This document shows, piece after piece, positions 1 through 11,200 of a stretch of DNA of 64,000 bases. The translations under genes and the position numbers were made by a program. The stretch comes from Clostridia bacterium. GTDB taxonomy: Bacteria; Bacillota; DTU086. Under the pieces are notes generated by a model. The model saw nothing but the letters and a program-made list of their open reading frames with translations. It was not told where the DNA came from and searched no databases. The stretch spans positions 64,064 through 128,063 of the forward strand of contig JAAYIF010000006.1 of NCBI GenBank assembly GCA_012523575.1, written 5' to 3'. Numbering within the stretch: the first letter of the stretch is position 1; every line of letters starts with the position of its first letter.

Positions 1-1023
1 TAGACCAACATAAATGGCAATTAATGTAGCAAACGGATGCAGCCCTATATTTTCAGCAACTATTTTTGGTTCCAATAACTGTCGAACTACAATGATAAAA
101 ACATATATAATACCCAGCCCTAAAGCCATGAAAAGTTCCCCTTTTATTATTTCATAAATAATCCAGGGAACGAAAACAGTTCCAGGTCCCAAAATAGGAA
201 GGATATCCATTACCCCCACAATCAGCGCCATGGTGAGGGCATATTCCACACCTAATATATATAAACCTATTATAGTCTGTAATGCCGTTATGGACATGAG
301 TATTAATATGGCACGTAGATATCCAATAATGGCCTTAACCATATCTTCACTGATGGCAACATACATTTCGAATATAGATGCGGGTAAAATTTTCGCTGCT
401 AAATATTCGATTACTTCTTTATCCCTGCTTATAAAAAAGGAGGCAAGTATTGAGATAATCAAAATTAAAAGAAAATTTGGCACAAAATTAGTGAGAAACA
501 CTAATAATGCATTGGCGGTATCTGTCAGAATATTGGTTAAACTTCCGAGCAAACTGCTTATATTTCCTGAAAGCCCTTCTATTAACTGGGGAGAAACATT
601 AATAACTCTATAAAGATCTTTAATATTATATAGGAGTCCTGTAAAATAGCTGGTTATATCATTGGTATATTTGGGAAAAATTTTAGAAAAACCAATCAAT
701 TCAGCAGTAAGTTTTGAAATACCTACAGCCAAAACAGTAACTAAAAGAGCAAAAATTGCTGTTAAGCAGATAAAAACTGCCCAACCCCTTTTTAATTTAA
801 AAATTTTTTCAGTGTAATTTACTAAAGGTTCTATTAATGCAGAAATTACCCAGCCTATTATAAAGGGAGCAAAAATGGGCAAAAGAAATTTTACAACTTG
901 GCGTACTGCTGGAAAAATATGATAATATATTAGATAAAATATTCCGCAAAGCCCGGCTACAATTACTATCTGATATAGTATGGGAAGATATTTAAGGTGA
1001 ACATCTTTAATATCTTTGTTCAT
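1..1023 (-). CDS. AI-2E family transporter (YtvI/PerM-like permease); 3' end lies beyond the window start
   Basis: Reverse-strand translation from an ATG at about 1021-1023 reads MNKDIKDVHLKYLPILYQIVIVAGLCG...IIGWVISALIEPLVNYTEKIF... as a multi-TM protein with no stops to the window edge; it resembles AI-2E/YtvI permeases. It is absent from the ORF track only because it is open at the edge. The plus-strand ORF 230..613 is its antisense shadow. Confidence 0.55.
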   Translation of the reverse strand, partial: MNKDIKDVHLKYLPILYQIVIVAGLCGIFYLIYYHIFPAVRQVVKFLLPIFAPFIIGWVISALIEPLVNYTEKIFKLKRGWAVFICLTAIFALLVTVLAVGISKLTAELIGFSKIFPKYTNDITSYFTGLLYNIKDLYRVINVSPQLIEGLSGNISSLLGSLTNILTDTANALLVFLTNFVPNFLLILIISILASFFISRDKEVIEYLAAKILPASIFEMYVAISEDMVKAIIGYLRAILILMSITALQTIIGLYILGVEYALTMALIVGVMDILPILGPGTVFVPWIIYEIIKGELFMALGLGIIYVFIIVVRQLLEPKIVAENIGLHPFATLIAIYVGL

Positions 1024-1037
1024 TGCGCCACCTCAAA

Positions 1038-1826
1038 TCAAAGTATATATACACAATAATAATATACTAAGGGAATTATAACCAAAAAGCTGTCAAATCG
1101 ATCAAGAAATCCCCCATGGCCAGGTAAAAAACTACCAAAATCTTTAATGTTTGCATGTCTTTTTATGGCCGATGCTGTTAAGTCTCCTAGCTGCCCAAAT
1201 AACCCTGCCAAAAGGCCCAATATTACAAACTTCAAAATATTTACACCATTTGGATTAAAAAGTGAAAAAATAATGGAAGTACATACGGCAAAAAGGAGAC
1301 CGCCCACTGAGCCTTCTATGGTTTTATTGGGACTAAGGGAACTGTGCAGTTTATGCCTTCCAAACCTTAGACCAACTATGTAAGCCCCGCTGTCCGTTGC
1401 CCAAGTTAATGTAAAAGCAAGTATTAAGTAAAAAAAGCCATGCTCCAGGTTCCTTACAAGGATCGTAAAGCTCAGCAGGTATCCTATGTAAATGGAACTC
1501 AAAAGGGTTATGCCGACCCCCGAGGGATTTATTCTGGGGAATGAAATTACAAAGTAAAATAAATTTAAAAGGGCCAAAATTAAAAGGGTTTCCGGAACTT
1601 TTTCCGTGCCAAAATAATAGCTGCTTAAAATAAACAATATTACTCCTAAAAAACCCAACAATTTATTAAATTTAATCCCAGTATTTTTTAAAGCTCTGTA
1701 AAGCTCATCTAAAGAAAATAATGATATTACAAAAACTGAAACCAGCAGATAATATCCTCCAAAGTAACTTATCAAAATAACCAGAGGAATACCAATTAAA
1801 GCAGTGGCTATACGTTGACGCAGCAC
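1038..1826 (-). CDS. cdsA: phosphatidate cytidylyltransferase
   Basis: Polytopic membrane protein with the C-terminal CdsA signature ...SAIKRHANIKDFGSFLPGHGGFLDRFDS...; lies next to uppS and frr as in Bacillus. Confidence 0.85.
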   Translation of the reverse strand: MLRQRIATALIGIPLVILISYFGGYYLLVSVFVISLFSLDELYRALKNTGIKFNKLLGFLGVILFILSSYYFGTEKVPETLLILALLNLFYFVISFPRINPSGVGITLLSSIYIGYLLSFTILVRNLEHGFFYLILAFTLTWATDSGAYIVGLRFGRHKLHSSLSPNKTIEGSVGGLLFAVCTSIIFSLFNPNGVNILKFVILGLLAGLFGQLGDLTASAIKRHANIKDFGSFLPGHGGFLDRFDSFLVIIPLVYYYCVYIL

Positions 1827-1860
1827 AATTAATCACCGTCTCTACAACTAAATATATTAC

Positions 1861-2652
1861 TTACTTTAGTCCTCCAAATCGTCTTTCCCTATTTTGATAT
1901 GACAAAAGTGCTTCCAATAAATCTTTTTTATCAAAATCCGGCCACAAAGTATCTGTAAAAAATAGTTCAGTATAAGCTAACTGCCACAAAAGAAAATTGC
2001 TAAGTCTTTTTTCCCCCGAAGTTCTGATTAGCAGGTCGGGATCGGGTAAATCCTTTGTGTAAAGGTGAGCTTCTATTACTGAATGGTCAATATCTTCTAG
2101 CTTATATGTTCCATCTTTTACTAAGGTGATGATTTCCTTTACGGCTTTTAAAATTTCGTCCCTTGCTCCATAATTTAGGGCTACATTTAATATTAAACCC
2201 GTATTGTTCTGGGAAGCATGCTTTGCCTTTAAAATTTCTAAATATGCGTTCTTTGGGAGATCCTGTATATTTCCACTAGTAATTATTTTAACATTGTTTT
2301 TACACAATGCATCCAATTCTTTTTGAATATATTCAACTAATAAGTTCATTAATAAAGTTATTTCCGCTTTTGGCCTTTTCCAATTTTCAGTTGAAAAGGC
2401 ATATACAGTTAGTATCTTTATGCCCAAGGGAGCGCAAAATTCAACTATCCTTTTAAGGGCATTGGCTCCTTCTCTGTGTCCGGCACTTCGGGAAAGCCTA
2501 CGCCTTTGTGCCCAACGTCCATTTCCGTCCATTATTATTGCAATGTGCCGGGGGAGTTTGTCCACCCGTAGTTTGCTCAGGTAATTTAGTTCAGTTTTGT
2601 CCAAATTTGTTATTCCATTTTGTTTTGCAACCTCTAACAATGTTTGTGTCAT
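1861..2652 (-). CDS. uppS: undecaprenyl-diphosphate synthase (isoprenyl transferase)
   Basis: HIAIIMDGNGRWA motif, ...YAFSTENWKRP..., and an RFGG-type C-terminus. Confidence 0.9.
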   Translation of the reverse strand: MTQTLLEVAKQNGITNLDKTELNYLSKLRVDKLPRHIAIIMDGNGRWAQRRRLSRSAGHREGANALKRIVEFCAPLGIKILTVYAFSTENWKRPKAEITLLMNLLVEYIQKELDALCKNNVKIITSGNIQDLPKNAYLEILKAKHASQNNTGLILNVALNYGARDEILKAVKEIITLVKDGTYKLEDIDHSVIEAHLYTKDLPDPDLLIRTSGEKRLSNFLLWQLAYTELFFTDTLWPDFDKKDLLEALLSYQNRERRFGGLK

Positions 2653-2685
2653 TTCCTTTCCTCCCCAACAACAAAAAAATACTTA

Positions 2686-2710
2686 ATAATAAACCCCCTC
2701 TTTTGAGGGG
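2686..2710. terminator. GC hairpin AACCCCCTC-tttt-GAGGGGGTT with U-runs on both sides, downstream of the ferredoxin gene
   Basis: Perfect 9-bp stem seen in sequence, flanked by T/A runs on both strands. Confidence 0.5.
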
Positions 2711-2719
2711 GTTTTCCGA

Positions 2720-2887
2720 TTACTCCTCGATAATGGCTCCATTAGGACAAGCATCTACGCAGTTACCGCATTCTGTACAATCATCCTGATTAATTACATA
2801 AATGCTGTCGCCTTCTTCAATAGCCCCTACTGGACACTCCATTTCACATACTCCACAAGCTGTGCAATCTTCTGTAATTCTATAAGC
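2720..2887 (-). CDS. 4Fe-4S ferredoxin with two CxxCxxCxxxCP clusters
   Basis: Protein has CTACGVCEMECP and CTECGNCVDACP. The likely start is the GTG (VAYRITEDC...) preceded by GGGGGTGG; the track ORF extends to 2911. Confidence 0.7.
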   Translation of the reverse strand, partial: AYRITEDCTACGVCEMECPVGAIEEGDSIYVINQDDCTECGNCVDACPNGAIIEE

Positions 2888-3113
2888 CACCGTTCCCACC
2901 CCCTTTCCCATAAATAAAAGTAAATTCAGAAACCAAAACTAACTCAATTATTTCATTGGGCAATTTTTTTTGCCTTACAATTCTCATCTTGCCGTAGGGG
3001 TGTTCCCTGCTGCCCTCAGATGTAACTTTAAGTTTATACTTGAGACCGGTGGCTTTTAAATACTTCAGAGCTTCTTCCAAATATATGCCTACTAAATCTA
3101 TATTTTCGGTCAA
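2880..3113 (-). CDS. small hypothetical protein with a PASTA-like pattern
   Basis: 77-aa ORF 8 nt downstream of frr. The LVGIYLEEALKYLKATGLKYKLKV...IVRQKKLPNEIIELVLV pattern resembles a single PASTA domain. The C-terminal GKGGGNGGL tail overlaps the ferredoxin RBS. Confidence 0.35.
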   Translation of the reverse strand: MTENIDLVGIYLEEALKYLKATGLKYKLKVTSEGSREHPYGKMRIVRQKKLPNEIIELVLVSEFTFIYGKGGGNGGL

Positions 3114-3120
3114 AGGCAGG

Positions 3121-4411
<1,291 letters not shown>

Positions 4412-4468
4412 TTACCTCCAGCAGGAGATGTTCTACAAATCTATTAAATATCCTTTAGCAAAGCGTTT

Positions 4469-5116
4469 TTAATTTTGGGTTAATTTTTGTATTTCTTCGG
4501 CAAAGCATTCTTCTTTTTTCTCTAACCCTTCGCCTAGAGCATAGCGAGTAAATCTTCGTACCACGATGTTCTCTCCTAATTTTGCTATATATTCATTTAT
4601 CAAATCCTGTACGCTCTTATCGGTATCTTTAATAAAGGGCTGTTCCAACAGGCAGTTTTCCTCATAGAATTTTTCAATGCGTCCTTCTACTATCTTTTCC
4701 GCAATTTTTTCAGGTTTTCCTTCGTTTAAAGCTTGAGCTTTAAGGATGGCCTTTTCCTTTTCAATTACTTCTTCGGGAACATCCTGCCTGGAAACGTATT
4801 GGGGATTGGAAGCAGCTATCTGCATAGCTAAATCATGGCACAATGTTTTAAAAGCATCATTTCTTGCCACAAAATCTGTCTCGCAGTTAACCTCAACCAA
4901 TACTCCTATTTTTCCGTTTAAGTGAATATAGGAGGTAACCATTCCTTCAGTGGCAATTCTGTCAGCCTTTTTAGCCGCTTTTGCTAACCCTTTTTCCCTT
5001 AGGATGTCAACTGCCTTTTCAATATCTCCTCCTGCTTCTTCCAGGGCTCTTTTACAATCCATCATACCTGCCCCGGTCATGTCACGTAGTTTTTTGACAT
5101 CTACAGCATTTACCAT
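4469..5116 (-). CDS. tsf: elongation factor Ts
   Basis: [28 protein letters not shown]-terminus with a UBA-like fold; rpsB-tsf gene order. Confidence 0.9.
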   Translation of the reverse strand: MVNAVDVKKLRDMTGAGMMDCKRALEEAGGDIEKAVDILREKGLAKAAKKADRIATEGMVTSYIHLNGKIGVLVEVNCETDFVARNDAFKTLCHDLAMQIAASNPQYVSRQDVPEEVIEKEKAILKAQALNEGKPEKIAEKIVEGRIEKFYEENCLLEQPFIKDTDKSVQDLINEYIAKLGENIVVRRFTRYALGEGLEKKEECFAEEIQKLTQN

Positions 5117-5146
5117 CGCATGTCCTCCTTAATCTTAATCTATCTT

Positions 5147-5186
5147 TAAAAATTTTAAAAAAGGCAGGAAATTAACGATAATTCCT
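5147..5186 (-). terminator. rpsB-tsf intergenic hairpin (attenuator-type terminator)
   Basis: On the minus strand: GGCAGGAATTATCGTTAATTTCCTGCC followed by TTTTTTAAAATTTTT. Confidence 0.5.
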
Positions 5187-5206
5187 GCCTTTTCATTTTA
5201 CCACCA

Positions 5207-5932
5207 TTAAACTTCTTCTGCTTGTCCATCTTCTTCAACGGCTAAATCCTGCCCCTGCTTTCCCTCTATAACAGCATCTGCTATTTTATTGGTTAAAAGC
5301 TTCACTGCTCTGATAGCATCATCGTTGCCCGGGATTACATAATCAATTTCATCAGGATCACAATTGGTATCCACAATGGCTACGATGGGAATACCAAGCT
5401 TCCTTGCTTCCCGAACGGCAATCCTCTCTTTGCGGGGATCAACAATATATAGAGCGCCCGGAAGTTTATCCATATTTCTAATGCCACCAAGAAATCTCTC
5501 AAGCTTCTGTTTTTCCACCATTAATCTGGCAACTTCTTTTTTGGGCAGTAAATCAAAGGTGCCCTCCTCTTCCATTTTTTCTAACTCAAAGAGACGATTT
5601 ACCCTGCTTCTGATGGTTTGAAAGTTGGTCAGCATTCCTCCGAGCCATCTTTGATTTACATAAAACATACCGCATCTTTCAGCTTCCTCTTTTATTGAAT
5701 CCTGGGCCTGTTTTTTTGTTCCAACAAAAAGAATAGTTCCTCCTTCGCTTACCAAATTTTTAACAAAATTATAGGCTTCTTCAATCATTTTAACGGTCTT
5801 TTGGAGATCAATAATATAGATGCCATTTCTTTCAGTGAAAATATAGGGCTTCATTTTAGGATTCCAGCGTCTTGTCTGGTGACCAAAATGGACCCCCGCT
5901 TCCAGAAGCTGCTTCATTGTTACCACTGCCAT
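5207..5932 (-). CDS. rpsB: 30S ribosomal protein S2
   Basis: [27 protein letters not shown]...; AAGGAGGTG lies 6 nt before this ATG; the track ORF starts 11 codons earlier. Confidence 0.9.
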   Translation of the reverse strand: MAVVTMKQLLEAGVHFGHQTRRWNPKMKPYIFTERNGIYIIDLQKTVKMIEEAYNFVKNLVSEGGTILFVGTKKQAQDSIKEEAERCGMFYVNQRWLGGMLTNFQTIRSRVNRLFELEKMEEEGTFDLLPKKEVARLMVEKQKLERFLGGIRNMDKLPGALYIVDPRKERIAVREARKLGIPIVAIVDTNCDPDEIDYVIPGNDDAIRAVKLLTNKIADAVIEGKQGQDLAVEEDGQAEEV

Positions 5933-6037
5933 TTTCCGCACCTCCTTTTGGTTGTTCCTCCGCACCTTTCAAATGAAATGGGAACTGTCCATTACAGCAC
6001 CCCCCACTTCATCAAGGCGCGTGCGTATTTGCCACAG

Positions 6038-6070
6038 GGTAGTATAACATATAATGTTTATCATAGCAAG
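6038..6070 (-). promoter_or_regulatory. putative sigma-A promoter of rpsB with an approximately 100-nt leader
   Basis: On the minus strand: TTGCTA, 17 nt, TATACT; the downstream leader contains the G-rich segment GAAGTGGGGGGTGCTG. Confidence 0.45.
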
Positions 6071-6088
6071 AATTTGCTTAACTTAAGA

Positions 6089-6877
6089 TTAATTTGATTT
6101 TTGCTTTAGTTTAGCCAATTCTTCAATTAAAATATCATTTAAAACCTTTATATATGTTCCTTTCATACCAACGGATTTGGTTTCTATTACGCCTGCACTT
6201 TCAAATTTTCTCAAAGCATTTACTATTACGGATCTCGTAATTCCTGCTCTGTCTGCAATTTTACTTGCTACCAAAACCCCTTCAGACCCTTTTAGCTCAT
6301 CAAAAATATGTTCCACAGCTTCCAGTTCTGAATATGAAAGGGTGCTTATGGCGATATGAACGGCTGCTCTTTTTCTAGCCTGCTCTTCTGCCTTTTCAGC
6401 CTTTGAACGCAAAATTTCCATTCCTATAACCGTGGCACCGTATTCAGCCAGAACCAGATCAGCTTCAGTGAATTTATTATTAAATTTTGCCAGTACCAAT
6501 GTTCCAATGCGCTGTCCGGCTCCGGCAATGGGCACGGATGTTACCAGTTTATTGCAAAAAATACACTTTCTATCAGCAAATAAACACTTATTTTCTTCTT
6601 GAGCAATATTGGACCTTGTTTCGTTATTGCTCAAAAGTTCCTGGTTATAATCTTCGGGGAAGCGGGACAATTGATAAACTATTTCTTCCATGATATCGCA
6701 GGTAAAACCCTCCATAAGAGCATATCCAAGAACCGAGCCTTCCTTGCTGAGAATGTAACAGTTTGCTCCAATAATATCCCTTAAAACTGATGCAATATCA
6801 TAAAAATTTACCGGTTGGCCACCGTACTGCTGCAACCTCTTGTTTATGCTTCGGGTCTTTTCAAGTAAAGATTTCAT
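6089..6877 (-). CDS. codY: GTP-sensing transcriptional pleiotropic repressor CodY
   Basis: GAF plus wHTH domains (...ASKIADRAGITRSVIVNALRKFESAGVIETKS...); AAGGAGG lies 7 nt before the MKSLLEK ATG; sits downstream of hslU as in Bacillus. Confidence 0.9.
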   Translation of the reverse strand: MKSLLEKTRSINKRLQQYGGQPVNFYDIASVLRDIIGANCYILSKEGSVLGYALMEGFTCDIMEEIVYQLSRFPEDYNQELLSNNETRSNIAQEENKCLFADRKCIFCNKLVTSVPIAGAGQRIGTLVLAKFNNKFTEADLVLAEYGATVIGMEILRSKAEKAEEQARKRAAVHIAISTLSYSELEAVEHIFDELKGSEGVLVASKIADRAGITRSVIVNALRKFESAGVIETKSVGMKGTYIKVLNDILIEELAKLKQKSN

Positions 6878-6897
6878 TTTTTTCCTCCTTAAAAAAA

Positions 6898-8301
6898 TCA
6901 AAGAATATATCTCGTTAAATCTTTGTTTTCAATAATTCCTTCCAGCTTATTCCGCACAAATTCCCTATCTATAATAAATTTTTGGGGTTCCAGATCCGGA
7001 GCTTCAAAAAAAAGATCCTCGAACAATTTTTCAAAAATAGTGTGCAGTCTTCGGGCTCCAATATCCTCTGTCTGCGTATTAATTTGGTAAGCTATTTTGG
7101 CAATTTCATCTATGGCGCTTTCTTGGAATTCAACGATATGGCCTTCTGTTTCCAGTAAAGAGGAATATAATTTTATCAAAGAGTTCTTAGGTTCCGTTAA
7201 AATCTTTTTAAAATGCTCTTCATTTAAACTATGAAGCTCAACCCTAATGGGGAATCTACCCTGAAGCTCCGGTATTAAATCCGACGGTTTACTGGTGTGG
7301 AATGCTCCGGCAGCTATAAAAAATATGTGATCGCTTCTTACCGGCCCAAATTTAGTCATTATGGTACTTCCCTCAACGATGGGAAGTATATCCCTCTGTA
7401 CACCTTCCCTGGATACATCGGGTCCATAATGACTGCCTGAACCGCAAATTTTATCTATTTCGTCAATAAAAATTATACCAGATTCTTCGGCTTTTTTGAT
7501 GGCTAAAGATTTTACTTCTTCCATATCAATAAGCCTCTCGGCTTCCTGCTGGGCTAATATATTCCGTGCTTCCTTCACTGTAACCTTGCGCTTTTTTTTC
7601 TTTTTGGGAAATACGCTTCCAAAGAGTTCCTGAAAATTAACTCCCATCTGTTCCATGCCGGTATCTGAAAATATTTCTAAAACCGGAACACTGGTATCCT
7701 CCACTTCTATTTCCACAATTTCTTCTTCTAATTCCTGCCTTCTGAGCTTTTCTCTTATTATTGCCCTTTGTTCCTTTATTTTTTTATATTTTTCTTCTCT
7801 GCTTTCTTCATCTAACGTACTTTCAGGTTTACCCACTGAAAACAGCATTTCAAAGGGGTTTTTCGCTGAATGGGATTTATGGGGGAAAGGGACCAATATC
7901 TCTACCAATTTATTTTCAGCTTCCTTTAGTGCTTTATGTTCAACTTCTTTTAATTTTTCCGCTTTTACCATTCTAATGGCTGTTTCAACCAGATCCCTAA
8001 CCATTGAATCAACATCCCGGCCAACGTACCCCACTTCGGTAAATTTTGTAGCTTCTACTTTTACAAAGGGAGCTTTTACCAATTTGGCAAGCCTTCGTGC
8101 TATTTCTGTTTTTCCAACTCCCGTAGGCCCTATCATGATAATGTTTTTTGGGGCCATTTCATCGCGTATGTCCTCAGGTAAAAATCTCCTTCGAAATCTA
8201 TTTCTTAAAGCCACTGCTACACATTTTTTTGCTTCGTGTTGTCCTACGATGTATTTATCAAGTTCATTGACAATTTGTTTTGGGGTGATTTCTTCCACCA
8301 A
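6898..8301 (-). CDS. hslU: ATP-dependent protease ATPase subunit HslU
   Basis: ...[21 protein letters not shown]... Walker A; ClpY family. Confidence 0.9.
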   Translation of the reverse strand: MVEEITPKQIVNELDKYIVGQHEAKKCVAVALRNRFRRRFLPEDIRDEMAPKNIIMIGPTGVGKTEIARRLAKLVKAPFVKVEATKFTEVGYVGRDVDSMVRDLVETAIRMVKAEKLKEVEHKALKEAENKLVEILVPFPHKSHSAKNPFEMLFSVGKPESTLDEESREEKYKKIKEQRAIIREKLRRQELEEEIVEIEVEDTSVPVLEIFSDTGMEQMGVNFQELFGSVFPKKKKKRKVTVKEARNILAQQEAERLIDMEEVKSLAIKKAEESGIIFIDEIDKICGSGSHYGPDVSREGVQRDILPIVEGSTIMTKFGPVRSDHIFFIAAGAFHTSKPSDLIPELQGRFPIRVELHSLNEEHFKKILTEPKNSLIKLYSSLLETEGHIVEFQESAIDEIAKIAYQINTQTEDIGARRLHTIFEKLFEDLFFEAPDLEPQKFIIDREFVRNKLEGIIENKDLTRYIL

Positions 8302-8313
8302 TTTCCCCTCCGT

Positions 8314-8847
8314 TTACAGTTTTTCTACGTATATGTTATGGTTTGTAAAAACACAAATGGAAGCGGCAATGTTGAGGGCTTCCTTTACTATTTCTTCAGC
8401 TTCCATATGGGTAAATCTAAGTAATGCCATTGCTGCCGCCTGAGCATACGCTCCGCCGGAACCAATAGCTGCAACGTCATTATCGGGTTGAATCACCTCT
8501 CCGTTTCCGGAAATTATTAGCAGATCATTTTTATCCGCAACAATCAACAGCGCTTCCAGGCGTCTAAGCAATTTGTCCGTTCTCCATTCCTTGGCCAATT
8601 CCACAGCCGCCCTCTGCAGACTGCCGTGATATTCCTCGAGCTTTCCTTCAAACTTTTCAAAAAGGGTAAAGGCATCTGCCACAGAACCTGCAAAACCCGC
8701 AAGCACTTTTCCATTATATAACCGCCTTACCTTGCGCGCCTTTTGCTTCAGAATGGTATTATTTCCGCCTAATGTTACCTGACCATCTCCCCCAACGGCT
8801 ACCACACCGTTTTTTTTAACACCGAGAATGGTTGTTCCCCTTAACAT
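8314..8847 (-). CDS. hslV: ATP-dependent protease subunit HslV
   Basis: [22 protein letters not shown]-terminal threonine protease. Confidence 0.9.
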   Translation of the reverse strand: MLRGTTILGVKKNGVVAVGGDGQVTLGGNNTILKQKARKVRRLYNGKVLAGFAGSVADAFTLFEKFEGKLEEYHGSLQRAAVELAKEWRTDKLLRRLEALLIVADKNDLLIISGNGEVIQPDNDVAAIGSGGAYAQAAAMALLRFTHMEAEEIVKEALNIAASICVFTNHNIYVEKL

Positions 8848-8868
8848 GGCATAGCCTCCTTACAGCCT

Positions 8869-9789
8869 TTAGGCCCGGGGATGAAACTTTTTATAGGTTT
8901 CCTTTAATCTTTTTTTGTCAATATGAGTATAAATTTGTGTGGTAGAAAGATTCACATGCCCCAATAATTCCTGAACGGTACGCAGATCAGCTCCTTGTTC
9001 CAAGAGGTGGGTTGCAAAGGAATGTCTGAAAGTATGAGGGCTAACTTTTAACCTCAAGCTTTCCTTGGTAACATATTTTTCCACAATATATCTCACTCCC
9101 CGGGAAGTTAAGCGAGTTCCCTTTTGGCTTAAAAATACCGCATTTTTTGCATCTTCATTTTTTGCCCTTTTTATAAAAATAGGGCGGACATTCTCATAAT
9201 AATTTTTTAATGCTTCAACGGAATAATTCCCCAGGGGCAAAATCCTTTCAACGGCACCTTTTCCCATAACAAGCACCTGTTTGTTTTCCAGATCAATATC
9301 CCCTTCATTTAACCCCACCAGCTCTCCCACTCTCATTCCCGTTGCATAAAGAATTTCTAAAATGGCTTTATCACGTATTCCCAATAAGTGGTTTTCTGGT
9401 AGAATCAATATGTTTTCCATGGTTTCTGTGTACAAAAATGTTGGCAATTTTCTTCCCATTTTGGGGGACTTTACTTTTAGCATAGGATTAGATGATATTA
9501 TATCCATGCGTTTTAAGAACCTAAAAAAGCTTCTTAAACAAGAAATTTTCCTCGCAATGGTCCTTTTTTCACAGCCTTTTTCCTGCAAAAAAGAAAGAAA
9601 CTCCCTAATGGTTATATGGTCAACTTTATCTATACTATTAATATCTTTTTTATCTGACAAAAAACTTAAAAACTGAAGGAGATCAATTTTATAACTTTTT
9701 ACAGTATTACCTGAGAGATTGCGTTCTGCAGAAAGATAGTTGCAAAAAGGTTCAATCAAATCTGAAAATTTTAATTTTAATTCCTCCAC
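8869..9789 (-). CDS. xerC: tyrosine recombinase XerC (CodV-like)
   Basis: C-terminal ...HTFRHSFATHLLEQGADLRTVQELLGHVNLSTTQIYTHI... motifs; xerC-hslVU-codY operon order. Confidence 0.85.
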   Translation of the reverse strand: MEELKLKFSDLIEPFCNYLSAERNLSGNTVKSYKIDLLQFLSFLSDKKDINSIDKVDHITIREFLSFLQEKGCEKRTIARKISCLRSFFRFLKRMDIISSNPMLKVKSPKMGRKLPTFLYTETMENILILPENHLLGIRDKAILEILYATGMRVGELVGLNEGDIDLENKQVLVMGKGAVERILPLGNYSVEALKNYYENVRPIFIKRAKNEDAKNAVFLSQKGTRLTSRGVRYIVEKYVTKESLRLKVSPHTFRHSFATHLLEQGADLRTVQELLGHVNLSTTQIYTHIDKKRLKETYKKFHPRA

Positions 9790-9862
9790 AGATATTCATC
9801 TCGCAATACTTACTTAAATCAACCAAAATTAATGTTAGCATAATTATATTCTTCGGGCAACT

Positions 9863-11200
9863 TCATAAGCCAATTTCTTTCACAAAGGTTTTAAGAGTCT
9901 CAAGGGCCCTTTTAGATAGAGCCAAATTACGCTTTTTCTTATTTTTTATTCGTTTTTCCAAAGGTGGAATAATTCCGAAATTAATGTTCATGGGTTGAAA
10001 GTTAGGGTTAGGAGAAGTTATGTATTTGCATAAGGCACCAATTGCCGTTTCATGGGGAAAGCTTACGGGTTTTTTATCTTTAATTAGTCTTTCTGCATTA
10101 ATACCGGCAACAATGCCGGAGGCAGCGGATTCTATATAGCCTTCTACCCCTGTAATTTGTCCGGCAAAAAATAGTTTTTTGTCTTCTTTAAATTGTAAGG
10201 TGGGTTTCAATAACTTTGGGGAATTAATGAAAGTATTCCGATGCATCACCCCATACCGTATGAATTCCGCATTTTTTAATGCCGGAATTTTTGAAAAAAC
10301 GCGTCTTTGTTCAGGCCATTTTAAATTGGTTTGAAATCCCACAATGTTGTATAAAGTTGCCTCACGATTTTCCTGACGAAGCTGCACCACTGCAAAGGGC
10401 TGTTTACCTGTGCGGGGATCTATTATACCTACGGGTTTTAGAGGGCCAAATAAAAGGGTTTTTTCTCCCCTTTGAGCTAAAACCTCTATAGGCATGCAAC
10501 CCTCAAAAAAAATTCCCTTTTCGAAATCATGGAGGGGATGCCTTTCGGCTTCTATGAGGTTTCTATAGAAATCATAGTACTCTTCCTCATTCATTGGACA
10601 GTTTAGATAATCCGGTTCCCCTTTCCCGTAGCGTGAAGCCTTAAAGGTTTTGCTAAAATCTATACTTTCAGCGGTAACAATGGGGGATGCCGCATCATAA
10701 AAATAAAGGTGTTCCTCACCCGTAAGATCTTTAATGGCATCGCTTAAGGCCGGGGAAGTTAAAGGACCTGAAGCAATAATCACCACTCCTTCAGGAATGG
10801 CCTTTACTTCTTCCCTTATAACTTCTATATTTGGATGATTTTCTATTTTTTCAGTTATGCTCTTTGCAAAGGCTTCCCTATCAACCCCCAGTGCGCCCCC
10901 TGCGGGAACGGAATTTTCCAATGCGCACTGTATTATTAAGGACCCAAGGATTTTCATCTCTTCCTTCAGCAGGCCTGCAGCATTTTCCAAAGACAATGCC
11001 CTTAAGGAATTGCTGCAAACCAATTCTCCTAAATATCCTGTGTGGTGTGCTGGGGTGTTTACCATAGGCCTCATTTCGTATAAAACAACTTTAATTCCCC
11101 GTTCCGCCAAAAACCAGGATGCTTCGGATCCAGCCAAACCACCACCTACAACGGTAACCCTATCTATCAAATAATCCCCCTCTTTCCCTTTAATCATCAT
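9863..11200 (-). CDS. trmFO: methylenetetrahydrofolate--tRNA-(uracil-5-)-methyltransferase TrmFO
   Basis: [18 protein letters not shown]-binding fold; Gid family; follows topA. Confidence 0.9.
   Translation of the reverse strand: MMIKGKEGDYLIDRVTVVGGGLAGSEASWFLAERGIKVVLYEMRPMVNTPAHHTGYLGELVCSNSLRALSLENAAGLLKEEMKILGSLIIQCALENSVPAGGALGVDREAFAKSITEKIENHPNIEVIREEVKAIPEGVVIIASGPLTSPALSDAIKDLTGEEHLYFYDAASPIVTAESIDFSKTFKASRYGKGEPDYLNCPMNEEEYYDFYRNLIEAERHPLHDFEKGIFFEGCMPIEVLAQRGEKTLLFGPLKPVGIIDPRTGKQPFAVVQLRQENREATLYNIVGFQTNLKWPEQRRVFSKIPALKNAEFIRYGVMHRNTFINSPKLLKPTLQFKEDKKLFFAGQITGVEGYIESAASGIVAGINAERLIKDKKPVSFPHETAIGALCKYITSPNPNFQPMNINFGIIPPLEKRIKNKKKRNLALSKRALETLKTFVKEIGL

Noticed and set aside
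230-613. 127-aa plus-strand ORF
   Set aside because: It lies entirely antisense to a well-formed minus-strand permease gene (1..1023). It has a hydrophobic, low-complexity translation and no RBS.
7655-8443. 262-aa Ser/Phe-rich plus-strand ORF
   Set aside because: It is antisense to hslU. The composition-driven open frame is typical of AT-rich genomes.
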